From positions 1-38,451 of the forward strand of contig DCVX01000014.1 in NCBI GenBank assembly GCA_002328805.1: a stretch of 38,451 nucleotides of DNA, written 5' to 3'. A program made the translations under genes and the position numbers. The notes under the pieces were generated by a model. It was not told the origin of the DNA, ran no database searches, and worked only from the letters and a program-made list of their open reading frames with translations. The number at the start of each line of letters is the position of its first letter. Position 1 is the stretch's first letter. This document shows positions 24,094-32,693 of this stretch, in pieces. This DNA comes from Candidatus Dojkabacteria bacterium UBA2177. Lineage in GTDB: Bacteria; Patescibacteriota; Dojkabacteria; SC72.

Positions 24094-25845
24094 TTAATTC
24101 TCTTGTAAAAGTTTATTTATTTGTGCAAGTTCTTTTAGGTATTTTTCTGCCTCTTTTGTGTTCCTTTTCTCTTCAGCTATGGCAACTTTCTGACTAAGTA
24201 TTCTCTGTTGCTCTTTTAGGTAAAGGGACTTTATTTTTCCTGCGAGTTTCTTTAATTCCTCCTTTATCTCTTCCTCTTGTTCTGGGATGACTGTTAGATT
24301 AAAGATTATATCTTCGAAGATTTCGGTAATTCCATCTGTTTCGTGTAGGATAGAGTATAATTTCTCTTTCCCCCTTTTGTAATTTTTAAGAATTTCTATG
24401 TAGAGTTGCTGAAGTTGGGTAGGTAGTATATACTTTTTATCAACAAGAAATTCTTCATCAATTTCATCTAGTAAAAGAAGCAGTTGCAAGTATCCCCTAT
24501 AGACTTTACTATCAGGCTCTTTCATGTGGACTTGGAAGGAGGGTCTTTTTCTGCCGTATTTATAGGGTTTTTCGCCACCCCCTTCAAAGAGGTCTATTTT
24601 AGTGATGTTTCTAACCTTCATTTTATAAAGGTTTAACAAGGTTTTGTCGGAGACGGAAGAAATTAGAAGACCTATAAGGTTTTTCACCTCATTTAGGTCC
24701 TCTAGCCTATTAAGGTTCTTATTCTCCAAGTAAGTGCTTAGTATAAAGGAAAACGCCTCTGCTTTGTTAGTTATCTTCCTCTTCATAAGCTTTTCTTCGT
24801 TCTGAAGGAGCTCGTCAATGTCTTTGTATGGTTCTGGGCTTGCTGCATAAGGGGCAAGTCCAAGTTCTGAAGCAATCTTGAATCCTCTTATTAATGCGTC
24901 TTGACCAGCTTTGTCACTGTCAAAGAAGAAGAGAATATTCTTTGTTGTTTTAGAAAGTTTTTCTAATTGTTCTTTCGTTAGTGCTGTTCCTAGAGGGGCT
25001 ACAATATTTTTGATTCCGTGTTGGTGTGCACTGACAACATCTGTGGATCCCTCACATATTATTGCAAGGTCTTTTTTTCTTATCTCTTGGCGAGATTCAT
25101 ACTGTCCAAAAAGGTTTTCCTTCTTGTGGAAGATTGGTGTATCTGGGGAATTCATATATTTAGGTCCCCAGTCGTTTCCAGGAAGGACTCTTCCAGTGAA
25201 GCCAAGAACTGTGCCTCGTGTGGATCTGATAGGGAACATTATGCGATCATAGAATTTCTCTTTTACAACCTTATCTTTTAATGTAAAGAGGCCAGAGTCT
25301 AATAATTGCCTTTGAGAATAATTTTTAGTTCTAAGTAGATATTTTCTAAGTTCTGGTTTTTTGGGGGCATATCCTATTCCGAAGTTTTTAATGGATTCTT
25401 TATTAAAGCCTCTTTTTTCAAGATAATCCATCGCTTTTTTATTTTCTTTAAGTTGGCTGTAGTAGTAATGAGTAGCTTTGTAATTGATTTCTTCCAGTAT
25501 TTTATATTTTGAAAATCCTTCCTGTTTTTTAAGTTCTACTCCAGCCTCTTTTGCTAGTTTTTCTAGTGCTTCAGGGAAGTCGATATTCTCTATCTTCTGT
25601 AGGAAATTAAAGATATCTCCAGATTCTAAGCAACCAAAACATTTATATCTCTGGAGGTCAGGACTTACAACAAATGATGGTGTTTTTTCGTTATGGAAGG
25701 GACAAAGGCCTACATAGTTTTTCCCAGCTTGTTTCAACTTGACGTATTTGCCAACTACATTAACAATGTCCAGCCTGTTTTTTATCTCTTCGATCTGATT
25801 GTTAGAAGAAGTCATAGGTGGCAGTATTATATCATTTCCTAGCAA
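24094..25845 (-). CDS. dnaG: DNA primase
   Basis: CHC2 zinc finger CPFHNEKTPSFVVSPDLQRYKCFGC and Toprim AIICEGSTDVVSAHQHG...FFFDSDKAGQDA. The track start 25845 is TTG. ATG 25815 (MTSSNNQIEEIKNRLDIV...) fits the usual DnaG N-terminus better. Confidence 0.9.
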   Translation of the reverse strand: MLGNDIILPPMTSSNNQIEEIKNRLDIVNVVGKYVKLKQAGKNYVGLCPFHNEKTPSFVVSPDLQRYKCFGCLESGDIFNFLQKIENIDFPEALEKLAKEAGVELKKQEGFSKYKILEEINYKATHYYYSQLKENKKAMDYLEKRGFNKESIKNFGIGYAPKKPELRKYLLRTKNYSQRQLLDSGLFTLKDKVVKEKFYDRIMFPIRSTRGTVLGFTGRVLPGNDWGPKYMNSPDTPIFHKKENLFGQYESRQEIRKKDLAIICEGSTDVVSAHQHGIKNIVAPLGTALTKEQLEKLSKTTKNILFFFDSDKAGQDALIRGFKIASELGLAPYAASPEPYKDIDELLQNEEKLMKRKITNKAEAFSFILSTYLENKNLNRLEDLNEVKNLIGLLISSVSDKTLLNLYKMKVRNITKIDLFEGGGEKPYKYGRKRPSFQVHMKEPDSKVYRGYLQLLLLLDEIDEEFLVDKKYILPTQLQQLYIEILKNYKRGKEKLYSILHETDGITEIFEDIIFNLTVIPEQEEEIKEELKKLAGKIKSLYLKEQQRILSQKVAIAEEKRNTKEAEKYLKELAQINKLLQEN

Positions 25846-25854
25846 ATTAGGATT

Positions 25855-26802
25855 TTATTGACATAATAGTTCTCCTTCTTCCATTTGACATGTTAATTCT
25901 GCGACTCCTGTTGTCTGGTTTGTTTTCCATTCTAGTAGGTTGTCATTAAAGTAGATTCTTGTATTTTTTACTCTTCCTGTGATGATGTAGAGGTTCTCTT
26001 TAATAATGAATTCTTTCTCGGTAGGTTCTAGGACTTGTGAGATTTTGTTCTCTCCATCTATATCCAATCTTACCCACGCAGGAGAATCAAAAACTTCTAT
26101 TCTTATGGTATTTTCTGTGATCTTTTCTTCTTGTTCCTCCTCCTCTGTATGTATGTCTATGGCGTAGGTGACGTTAATAGTTTCTATTTTTTCTAGGGCA
26201 TTATTTTTTCTTGCTTTAATGGTGATTGTATTGAGGCCTTCTTTTAGTGTTACCTCGTAGCTGAATTCTCCCCGCTCATTGGTTTCTACAGCTGTGCCGT
26301 TTACTTCAATGATGCTCTCCAAGTCTGTTTTGCCTTCAACTACGATATCTTTAGTTTGGACTTCACTGTCGGAGACTGGGGAGGTTATCTCCAGCGATGG
26401 AGGTCTTTGGAACTTGTATATTTGGAACCCTATGTATGCAAAAATGGCTAGTAAAAATATCCCAAGCAATATTGTTATTACTAGTTTTGGTTCGAGCGTT
26501 GGTTTCTTTCTGAGTTTTTTCGAGGGTTTAGGATCCTCCTTTTTGTTGCTAGTATTTCTTGTAGTTTTGTTTGGATTGCTTCTTCTGTATAACGCAAGAA
26601 CTTTACTTGTGTCTAGGTCTAGGTATTCTGCATATATTTTAATAAAGCCTGTTAGGAAAACTTCCGAATCGAAGTATTCAAATTGGTTGTTTTCAATATA
26701 TTCGAGGAAGCGTTTCTGGATTTTAGTGTCTGCAGAAACTTTTTCTAGGCTTTTTTTAAGTAATTCCCTCTTGTTTTTTAAGACTTCTCCTGCGGTAATC
26801 AT
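25855..26802 (-). CDS. RodZ-like protein (HTH, TM, Ig-like insert, DUF4115-like C-terminus)
   Basis: N-terminal HTH GEVLKNKRELLKKSLEKVSADTKIQKRFLEYIENNQF and FLTGFIKIYAEYLDLD. TM VITILLGIFLLAIFAYIGFQIY. C-terminus IEVFDSPAWVRLDIDGENK... resembles DUF4115. Confidence 0.65.
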   Translation of the reverse strand: MITAGEVLKNKRELLKKSLEKVSADTKIQKRFLEYIENNQFEYFDSEVFLTGFIKIYAEYLDLDTSKVLALYRRSNPNKTTRNTSNKKEDPKPSKKLRKKPTLEPKLVITILLGIFLLAIFAYIGFQIYKFQRPPSLEITSPVSDSEVQTKDIVVEGKTDLESIIEVNGTAVETNERGEFSYEVTLKEGLNTITIKARKNNALEKIETINVTYAIDIHTEEEEQEEKITENTIRIEVFDSPAWVRLDIDGENKISQVLEPTEKEFIIKENLYIITGRVKNTRIYFNDNLLEWKTNQTTGVAELTCQMEEGELLCQ

Positions 26803-26811
26803 TTCTCTATT

Positions 26812-29049
26812 TTACTCCTCTGTGGTTTCTGAGTCATCCTCTTTGAGTTTGTCGGAGATTTGATCTGGGGATGTTATTAATACTTTTCTTGGCTTAGAAC
26901 CATCTTGAGGACCGACTACTCCTGCTTGATGTAGTTGATCTATTAAGCGAGCGGCTTTGTTATAGCCAATTCGCATTTTTCTTTGAAGGAAGGAAGCCGA
27001 CGCTTTTTGATTGGAGATTACAATGGATAGTGCTTTTTCAAATTCCGGATCTCTCTCTTTTGGGCCTCCTTTTAGACTTTCTTGTGGACCTTTTTCAATA
27101 GCTTCTGTCAGGTCGTCAGAATAGGAAGGTTCTTCTTCTGCTAGTTGCTCTTTTATTGCTGCTATGACAGCTTCAGAGTCCTCGGTAGTTGTGTTAGTTC
27201 CCTGGATTCTGAGTGCTTTAGGTGTGGTCTGATCTTTGTATAGCATGTCCCCGTTTCCTAAGAGTGTTTCTGCCCCAGATTCGTCTAATATTACTCTTGA
27301 GTCCATATTTGTAGCGACTGCAAAGGCCATTCTCCCAGGAATATTAGACTTAATGAGGCCCGTAATTACATTGACTGTAGGTTTCTGTGTTGCAAGGATT
27401 AAATGTATTCCTACGGCTCTACCCATTTGTGCCAGTCTCTGGATTTTGGTCTCTACATCTACTCCGGAGGTAAGCATTAAGTCAGCCATCTCGTCAATGA
27501 CTACTATTATGTAAGGCATTGCAAGGTAACCAACTTTTTTATTGTACTCTGTGAGCTTTTTAACACGTAGTTGCTTGAGTTGCCTATATCTTCGCATCAT
27601 CTCGTCAATTGTCCACTGCAAGGCATTTATGACAGCCTCTGAGTCTGTTATCACAGGGTTAAGAAGGTGAGGAATACCATTATATATTGCCATCTCTACA
27701 CCCATCTTAGGGTCAATCATTATGAATTTAACCTCATCTGGGCTCTTTGTCATAAGGAGTCCTGTTAACAGGGAGTTTATGGCAACGGACTTTCCTGTTC
27801 CTGTAGCTCCTGCTACAAGTAGGTGTGGGATTTTTGCCAAATCTTTAATTTGTGTTTTTGCAGTGATATCTTTTCCTAATATTAGAGGAAGTTCATATTT
27901 ATCTTCCTCTTTTCTAAGTCTTGTAATCATTTCTCTAGCATATACATAGTTTGGAGTTGGGTTTGGAATCTCTATTCCTACATAAGAAGTTCCTGGTATG
28001 GGGGCTTCAATTCTTACTGAGGAACTCTGAGAGGCAAGGGCTAAAGCCAAATCATTACTAAGGTTTTTGATTCTTGAGACCTTTACTCCAACGCTTATAC
28101 TTAGGGAAAATCTTAGGACTGTAGGACCAATTGCTACTGCAACGACTTTAGCGTCTATTCCAAAGTTTTTAAGAGTTGCTTCTATTACTTTAGCTTTGTC
28201 TTTATAAACTTCTTTATCTTGTTCTTTTATTTCTGGTTTTTGAAGAATTTCGGCCTCTGGGAATTGCCAATTTGGGAATTTAGGTCCCTCTGGCTCTTTC
28301 TCTTCAGTGTCTTCAGGTACAGGTACTTGTTTTACAAGGTCTTCCTCTACTTGTTTCTCTTCTTCTGCACTATCGTCAGTTGCAAGGATATTGTCTAATC
28401 TTCTCTGGACTTCTTCCTCGCTTTCAACTTTAATATCATCTTCTGCTTCATCCCCGTTCTCTATCTTTACATCTTCAGGTAATTCTGGGGAACTGAGTTT
28501 TTTGAGGAAGCCTTTTAATCCAGTTCCTTCTTTCTCTTTTCCTTCTGGGACAGAATCTTCTAGAAATTCAAAGATTTGTTGCAGTGGAGTTGCTGTTATT
28601 AGGGAGAAGGAGATGACTAGAACTATCAGGATTATTATTATCTCTATGAAGCTGCCAACGAATCCGTTTAAAGAAAGGTGAAGAGCTTTTCCAAGTTGTC
28701 CTCCTGCTCCTCTTAGTGCCTCTGTGTCATTGAGTTGCTCTTCTATGAGCCAGAAGGAGAGAAGAATGTTTAAACAGATAGAAAAAAATAATAACCCAAC
28801 AGATTGTTTAACTGAAAAGAATTTCTTTTTCTTTGCTAAGAGTGCTAATGAGAGATATATTGTTAGTGTACCCCAAGCAATAGCAGCGTAGCCAAGAGCC
28901 AGAGTTATCTGGTCAAACAAGGAGGAATGATTTTGCATAAATGGGGAAATTAGGACTATCAGGCCTAGTATAAATAGTATCAAACCAGACAAAATCTTTG
29001 TTTCGCTACTCTCTATCGTTATTGCTTTTTTCTTCTTTTTTCTGGGCAT
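26812..29049 (-). CDS. ftsK: DNA translocase FtsK/SpoIIIE
   Basis: Four N-terminal TMs, an acidic linker, Walker A LLVAGATGTGKSVAINS, Walker B YIIVVIDEMADL, and a gamma winged-helix ASASFLQRKMRIGYNKAARLIDQLHQAGVVGP. Confidence 0.9.
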   Translation of the reverse strand: MPRKKKKKAITIESSETKILSGLILFILGLIVLISPFMQNHSSLFDQITLALGYAAIAWGTLTIYLSLALLAKKKKFFSVKQSVGLLFFSICLNILLSFWLIEEQLNDTEALRGAGGQLGKALHLSLNGFVGSFIEIIIILIVLVISFSLITATPLQQIFEFLEDSVPEGKEKEGTGLKGFLKKLSSPELPEDVKIENGDEAEDDIKVESEEEVQRRLDNILATDDSAEEEKQVEEDLVKQVPVPEDTEEKEPEGPKFPNWQFPEAEILQKPEIKEQDKEVYKDKAKVIEATLKNFGIDAKVVAVAIGPTVLRFSLSISVGVKVSRIKNLSNDLALALASQSSSVRIEAPIPGTSYVGIEIPNPTPNYVYAREMITRLRKEEDKYELPLILGKDITAKTQIKDLAKIPHLLVAGATGTGKSVAINSLLTGLLMTKSPDEVKFIMIDPKMGVEMAIYNGIPHLLNPVITDSEAVINALQWTIDEMMRRYRQLKQLRVKKLTEYNKKVGYLAMPYIIVVIDEMADLMLTSGVDVETKIQRLAQMGRAVGIHLILATQKPTVNVITGLIKSNIPGRMAFAVATNMDSRVILDESGAETLLGNGDMLYKDQTTPKALRIQGTNTTTEDSEAVIAAIKEQLAEEEPSYSDDLTEAIEKGPQESLKGGPKERDPEFEKALSIVISNQKASASFLQRKMRIGYNKAARLIDQLHQAGVVGPQDGSKPRKVLITSPDQISDKLKEDDSETTEE

Positions 29050-29176
29050 TTTATGGTATATAATATTATATTAAAGGTATTTTTACAAAGTCAGCCTTAA
29101 AGTATATAATAAATCTACAAAAAAAGAACTAAAAAGGATATATTTGATATAAAGCTCTAAAATACAACAAAAAGCT

Positions 29177-29205
29177 TTGACTATTATATATAAATATGAT
29201 AATAT
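29177..29205 (+). promoter_or_regulatory. Candidate rpoBC promoter: TTGACT, 17 nt, TAATAT with upstream TG (extended -10)
   Basis: TTGACT at 29177-29182, a 17-nt spacer, and TGaTAATAT at 29197-29205. A second -10-like GGTATAAT lies at 29237-29244. The region is AT-rich with many -10 look-alikes. Confidence 0.4.
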
Positions 29206-29315
29206 CCTTCGAGTCTTTAATTTTGCCTTTAAGGGCGGTATAATTTGATTTCCGAATCAGGAGTTTATATGGCCCCTATTTGTAATACCTTATAATATTA
29301 CTAACAATATATCCT

Positions 29316-32300
29316 ATGGTAAAACCCAAGCGCAATAGATCCGGAAGAATAAATCTGGGATTAGGTTATTCTGGGGACGTAGAATTCCCTAATCTAATAG
29401 AAGCACAGCAGGCTTCATTTGCAGATTTTCTGGAGAATGGATTCCAAAGGCTGTTTTCTGAGATCAATCCTGTTAAGGATACGATGGAGAGAATGTGGAC
29501 CTTGGAATTCAAAGATTTTAAATATGGAGACCCCTACAGAAGTATAGAGGAAGCAATAACAAAGGGACTCTCTTATGAGGCTCCCGTTTATGCTAAAGTC
29601 CAGCTTCTTAATAATAGAACTGGAGAGATAAAGGAGCAGGAGATCTTTGTCACAGATGTTCCAGTAATGACAGATGATGGAGTCTTTGTTTTCAATGGAG
29701 TAAGAAGAGTTGTAACTCACCAGATTGTTAGATCTGAGGGAGTATTATATGAGGCATCTGACAAACTTCCACTTAGAACCTTATATAAGGTAAGGCTTAT
29801 GCCGGGAAGAGGTCCTTGGTATGAGATTGATACAAACAAGCACAATGTTATCTCTATGAGGATTTTGCCAAAGAGGCCAAAGGTTTTAATAACAGAACTT
29901 TTAAGGGTTCTTGGTTGGGAGAGTGATGATGACATTAGGAAATTGTTTAAGGATGTAGATACAAATGAGGAGAATAAATATATAGAGGCGACCCTTGCTA
30001 GAGATTTTACTAATAATAAGGAGGAAGCAGTTATTAGTATTTACAATAAACTTAGGCCAGATGAGTCTGTCACTTTAGAAAGTGCAGAGAGGTATATAAA
30101 GAGTAACTTCTTTAATTCTAGAAAATTTGATCTAGGAAGAATCGGTAGATACCAATTAAATAGAAAACTTAATACTGATTACGATATCAACGACCCAGAC
30201 CAAGTAAGACTTTATCCTTCTGATATCACATTGATAGTAAAGAGATTAATCCAGATGAATAATGGTGAGGTTGAGCCTGATGATATCGACCACCTCAGCA
30301 ATAGAAGAATAAGGAGTGTTGGAGAAATTTTAGAGAGGCAACTTAATAATGGAATAAAGAGACTTGAGAAAAATATTAGAGACAAGATGAGTTTGTATGG
30401 ACAAGATGCAAAGGTAACTCCTTCTATGCTTATAAGTACAAAGCCAATCTCTGCTTCAATACAGTCCTTCTTTGGTTCTAACGCACTTTCTAGCTTCATG
30501 GATCAGACCAATATACTGTCTGAAATGGAGAATAAGAGAAAAGTGACAGCAGGAGGGCCAGGGGGAATTGCAAAGCAGAGAGCAACTTTCTCAATTCGTG
30601 AGGTTCACAACTCTCACTATTCTAAATTTGACCCAGTAACAAGTCCAGAGAGTTCAAATATTGGTGTTGTTGTCCAACTTGCAATGTTAGCAAGAATTAA
30701 TGAATTTGGTTTCTTAGAGGCTCCATACAGAAGAGTTGAAAACGAGGTGAATAATAATAAGACAAATTTGGTGAACAGAATTATTGGTGAGACTGTAAAA
30801 GACGGTAAGAAATTAGTCGCAAAGAAGGGTGAGAAAGTAGATGAAAAACTAGCAGAGAAAATTGCAAAGATAAAAGACTTAAAGAAGGTCAAAGTTAAGC
30901 CATTCATAACTGGGGATATAGAATATCTAGATGCTATGGATGAGGAAAAGTACTACATATCTACAGCAACCATCACAACAGATGACGATAACAATATTGT
31001 GGATTCTCTTGTTCCTGTTAGACATGGAGGAGATTTTATGATGGAAGATGTTGGGATTGTAAAATATGTGGACGTTTTAGCAAGCCAACAGGCAGGACTT
31101 GGTATGGCACTAATTCCTTTTGTGTCACACAATGATGCTATGCGTGCTCTGACAGGATCAAATATGCAGAGACAGGCCGTCCCTTTGGTAAAGCAAGAGA
31201 CTCCTCTTGTTGGAACTGGAATGGAGGAAGTTGTAGGAAGGCAAGCTTCTTGGGGTATTTTTGCTGAAGACGATGGAGAAGTTCTCTATGTAGATGCTAA
31301 GAAATTATCTGTTAAATATAAGAAAGAAGGATTAAAAGATTATAATCTTATAACTTTCTACAGGAGTAATGACAACACAAGTTTTTCTCAAACTCCAGTT
31401 GTTAATATTGGAGACAAATTTAAGAAAGGAGATGTTCTAGTAGATGGTCCTACGATGGAAAATGGTGAACTTGCAATAGGTATAAACCTAAAGGCAGCAC
31501 TCATGTTCTACGAAGGATATAACTACGAGGACTCAGTTATTATTTCTGAGAGGATAGTTAGAAAAGATCTTTTGACCTCTATACATATTAGGGAATATAC
31601 CGTATCGGTTAGAGATACGGAATTGGGACCTGAGGTAATAACAGCAGATATCCCACATGTTAATGAAAGAATCCTTAGGAAATTAGATGACAGAGGAATA
31701 ATAAGAGATGGAGTGAAAGTCAAATCTGGAGATATTCTTGTAGGAGTTGTTGCTCCTAGAGGAGAGAAAGAACTCACTGCAGAAGAGAGACTTCTTAGAG
31801 CAATCTTCGGAGAGTCTGCCAGTGATGTAAGAGATAACTCCTTAAGAATCCCTCATGGGGAGGAAGGAATTGTTATTAGAAGCCAAGTATTATCCGCAGA
31901 TAAGGGTGACAAGTTGAGACCAGGAGTCTTACATGAGGTAAGGGTTTGGGTAGCAGATACAAAGAAGATTGACTTTGGTGATAAGATTGCAGGCAGACAT
32001 GGAGACAAGAATACCATTGCTGCAATTAGGCCTGTTGAAGATATGCCATTCACTGAGGACGGAGAACCTGTAGATATTGTTTTGACCCCAACATTCCTTA
32101 AGAGAATGAATATGGGACAGGCAGAAGAGGTTCACTTTGGTAAATATGCAAAGATGCTGAATGAAAAATTAGCATTCCCAATATTTGAAGGAGAAAACCT
32201 AGAATGGTTGAAGAAAGAAATGGAGAAAGTAAATGCAGATATGAGCGAAAAAGAAACCCTTTATGATGGAAGGACAGGAAACAAGTTCCCAAGAAAGATA

Positions 32301-32693
32301 ACTGTTGGAACAAAGTATGTTCTTAAGTTACATCATATAGCTGAGGAGAAAGTACATGCTAGATCTACTGGACCATACACCGCTGTCTCTCAACAGCCAC
32401 TTGGTGGTAAAGCACAAATGGGAGGCCAGAGATTTGGAGAAATGGAGGTTTGGGCATTAGAGGCACATGCTGCCCCTTATGCTCTTCAAGAAATGTTGAC
32501 CATTAAGTCAGACGATATTAAAGGTAGATCTGCTGCATATAAGGCAATAATACATGGGGATAAAATAGAGAATGTAAATATCCCTGAATCATTTAAAGTT
32601 CTGGTTAAAGAGTTAAATGCCCTTTGCCTGAATTTGGATTTAATTTCAACTCAACAAACCCAAGAGGAGGTTAAAGAAGATGAAGAAAAATAA
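29316..32693 (+). CDS. rpoB: DNA-directed RNA polymerase subunit beta
   Basis: 1125 aa. Contains FFGSNALSSFMDQTNILSEMENKRKV..GGPGG (Rif region), NMQRQAVPL, and GDKIAGRHGDKNTIA / GGQRFGEMEVWALEAH near the C-terminus. Confidence 0.97.
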   Translation: MVKPKRNRSGRINLGLGYSGDVEFPNLIEAQQASFADFLENGFQRLFSEINPVKDTMERMWTLEFKDFKYGDPYRSIEEAITKGLSYEAPVYAKVQLLNNRTGEIKEQEIFVTDVPVMTDDGVFVFNGVRRVVTHQIVRSEGVLYEASDKLPLRTLYKVRLMPGRGPWYEIDTNKHNVISMRILPKRPKVLITELLRVLGWESDDDIRKLFKDVDTNEENKYIEATLARDFTNNKEEAVISIYNKLRPDESVTLESAERYIKSNFFNSRKFDLGRIGRYQLNRKLNTDYDINDPDQVRLYPSDITLIVKRLIQMNNGEVEPDDIDHLSNRRIRSVGEILERQLNNGIKRLEKNIRDKMSLYGQDAKVTPSMLISTKPISASIQSFFGSNALSSFMDQTNILSEMENKRKVTAGGPGGIAKQRATFSIREVHNSHYSKFDPVTSPESSNIGVVVQLAMLARINEFGFLEAPYRRVENEVNNNKTNLVNRIIGETVKDGKKLVAKKGEKVDEKLAEKIAKIKDLKKVKVKPFITGDIEYLDAMDEEKYYISTATITTDDDNNIVDSLVPVRHGGDFMMEDVGIVKYVDVLASQQAGLGMALIPFVSHNDAMRALTGSNMQRQAVPLVKQETPLVGTGMEEVVGRQASWGIFAEDDGEVLYVDAKKLSVKYKKEGLKDYNLITFYRSNDNTSFSQTPVVNIGDKFKKGDVLVDGPTMENGELAIGINLKAALMFYEGYNYEDSVIISERIVRKDLLTSIHIREYTVSVRDTELGPEVITADIPHVNERILRKLDDRGIIRDGVKVKSGDILVGVVAPRGEKELTAEERLLRAIFGESASDVRDNSLRIPHGEEGIVIRSQVLSADKGDKLRPGVLHEVRVWVADTKKIDFGDKIAGRHGDKNTIAAIRPVEDMPFTEDGEPVDIVLTPTFLKRMNMGQAEEVHFGKYAKMLNEKLAFPIFEGENLEWLKKEMEKVNADMSEKETLYDGRTGNKFPRKITVGTKYVLKLHHIAEEKVHARSTGPYTAVSQQPLGGKAQMGGQRFGEMEVWALEAHAAPYALQEMLTIKSDDIKGRSAAYKAIIHGDKIENVNIPESFKVLVKELNALCLNLDLISTQQTQEEVKEDEEK

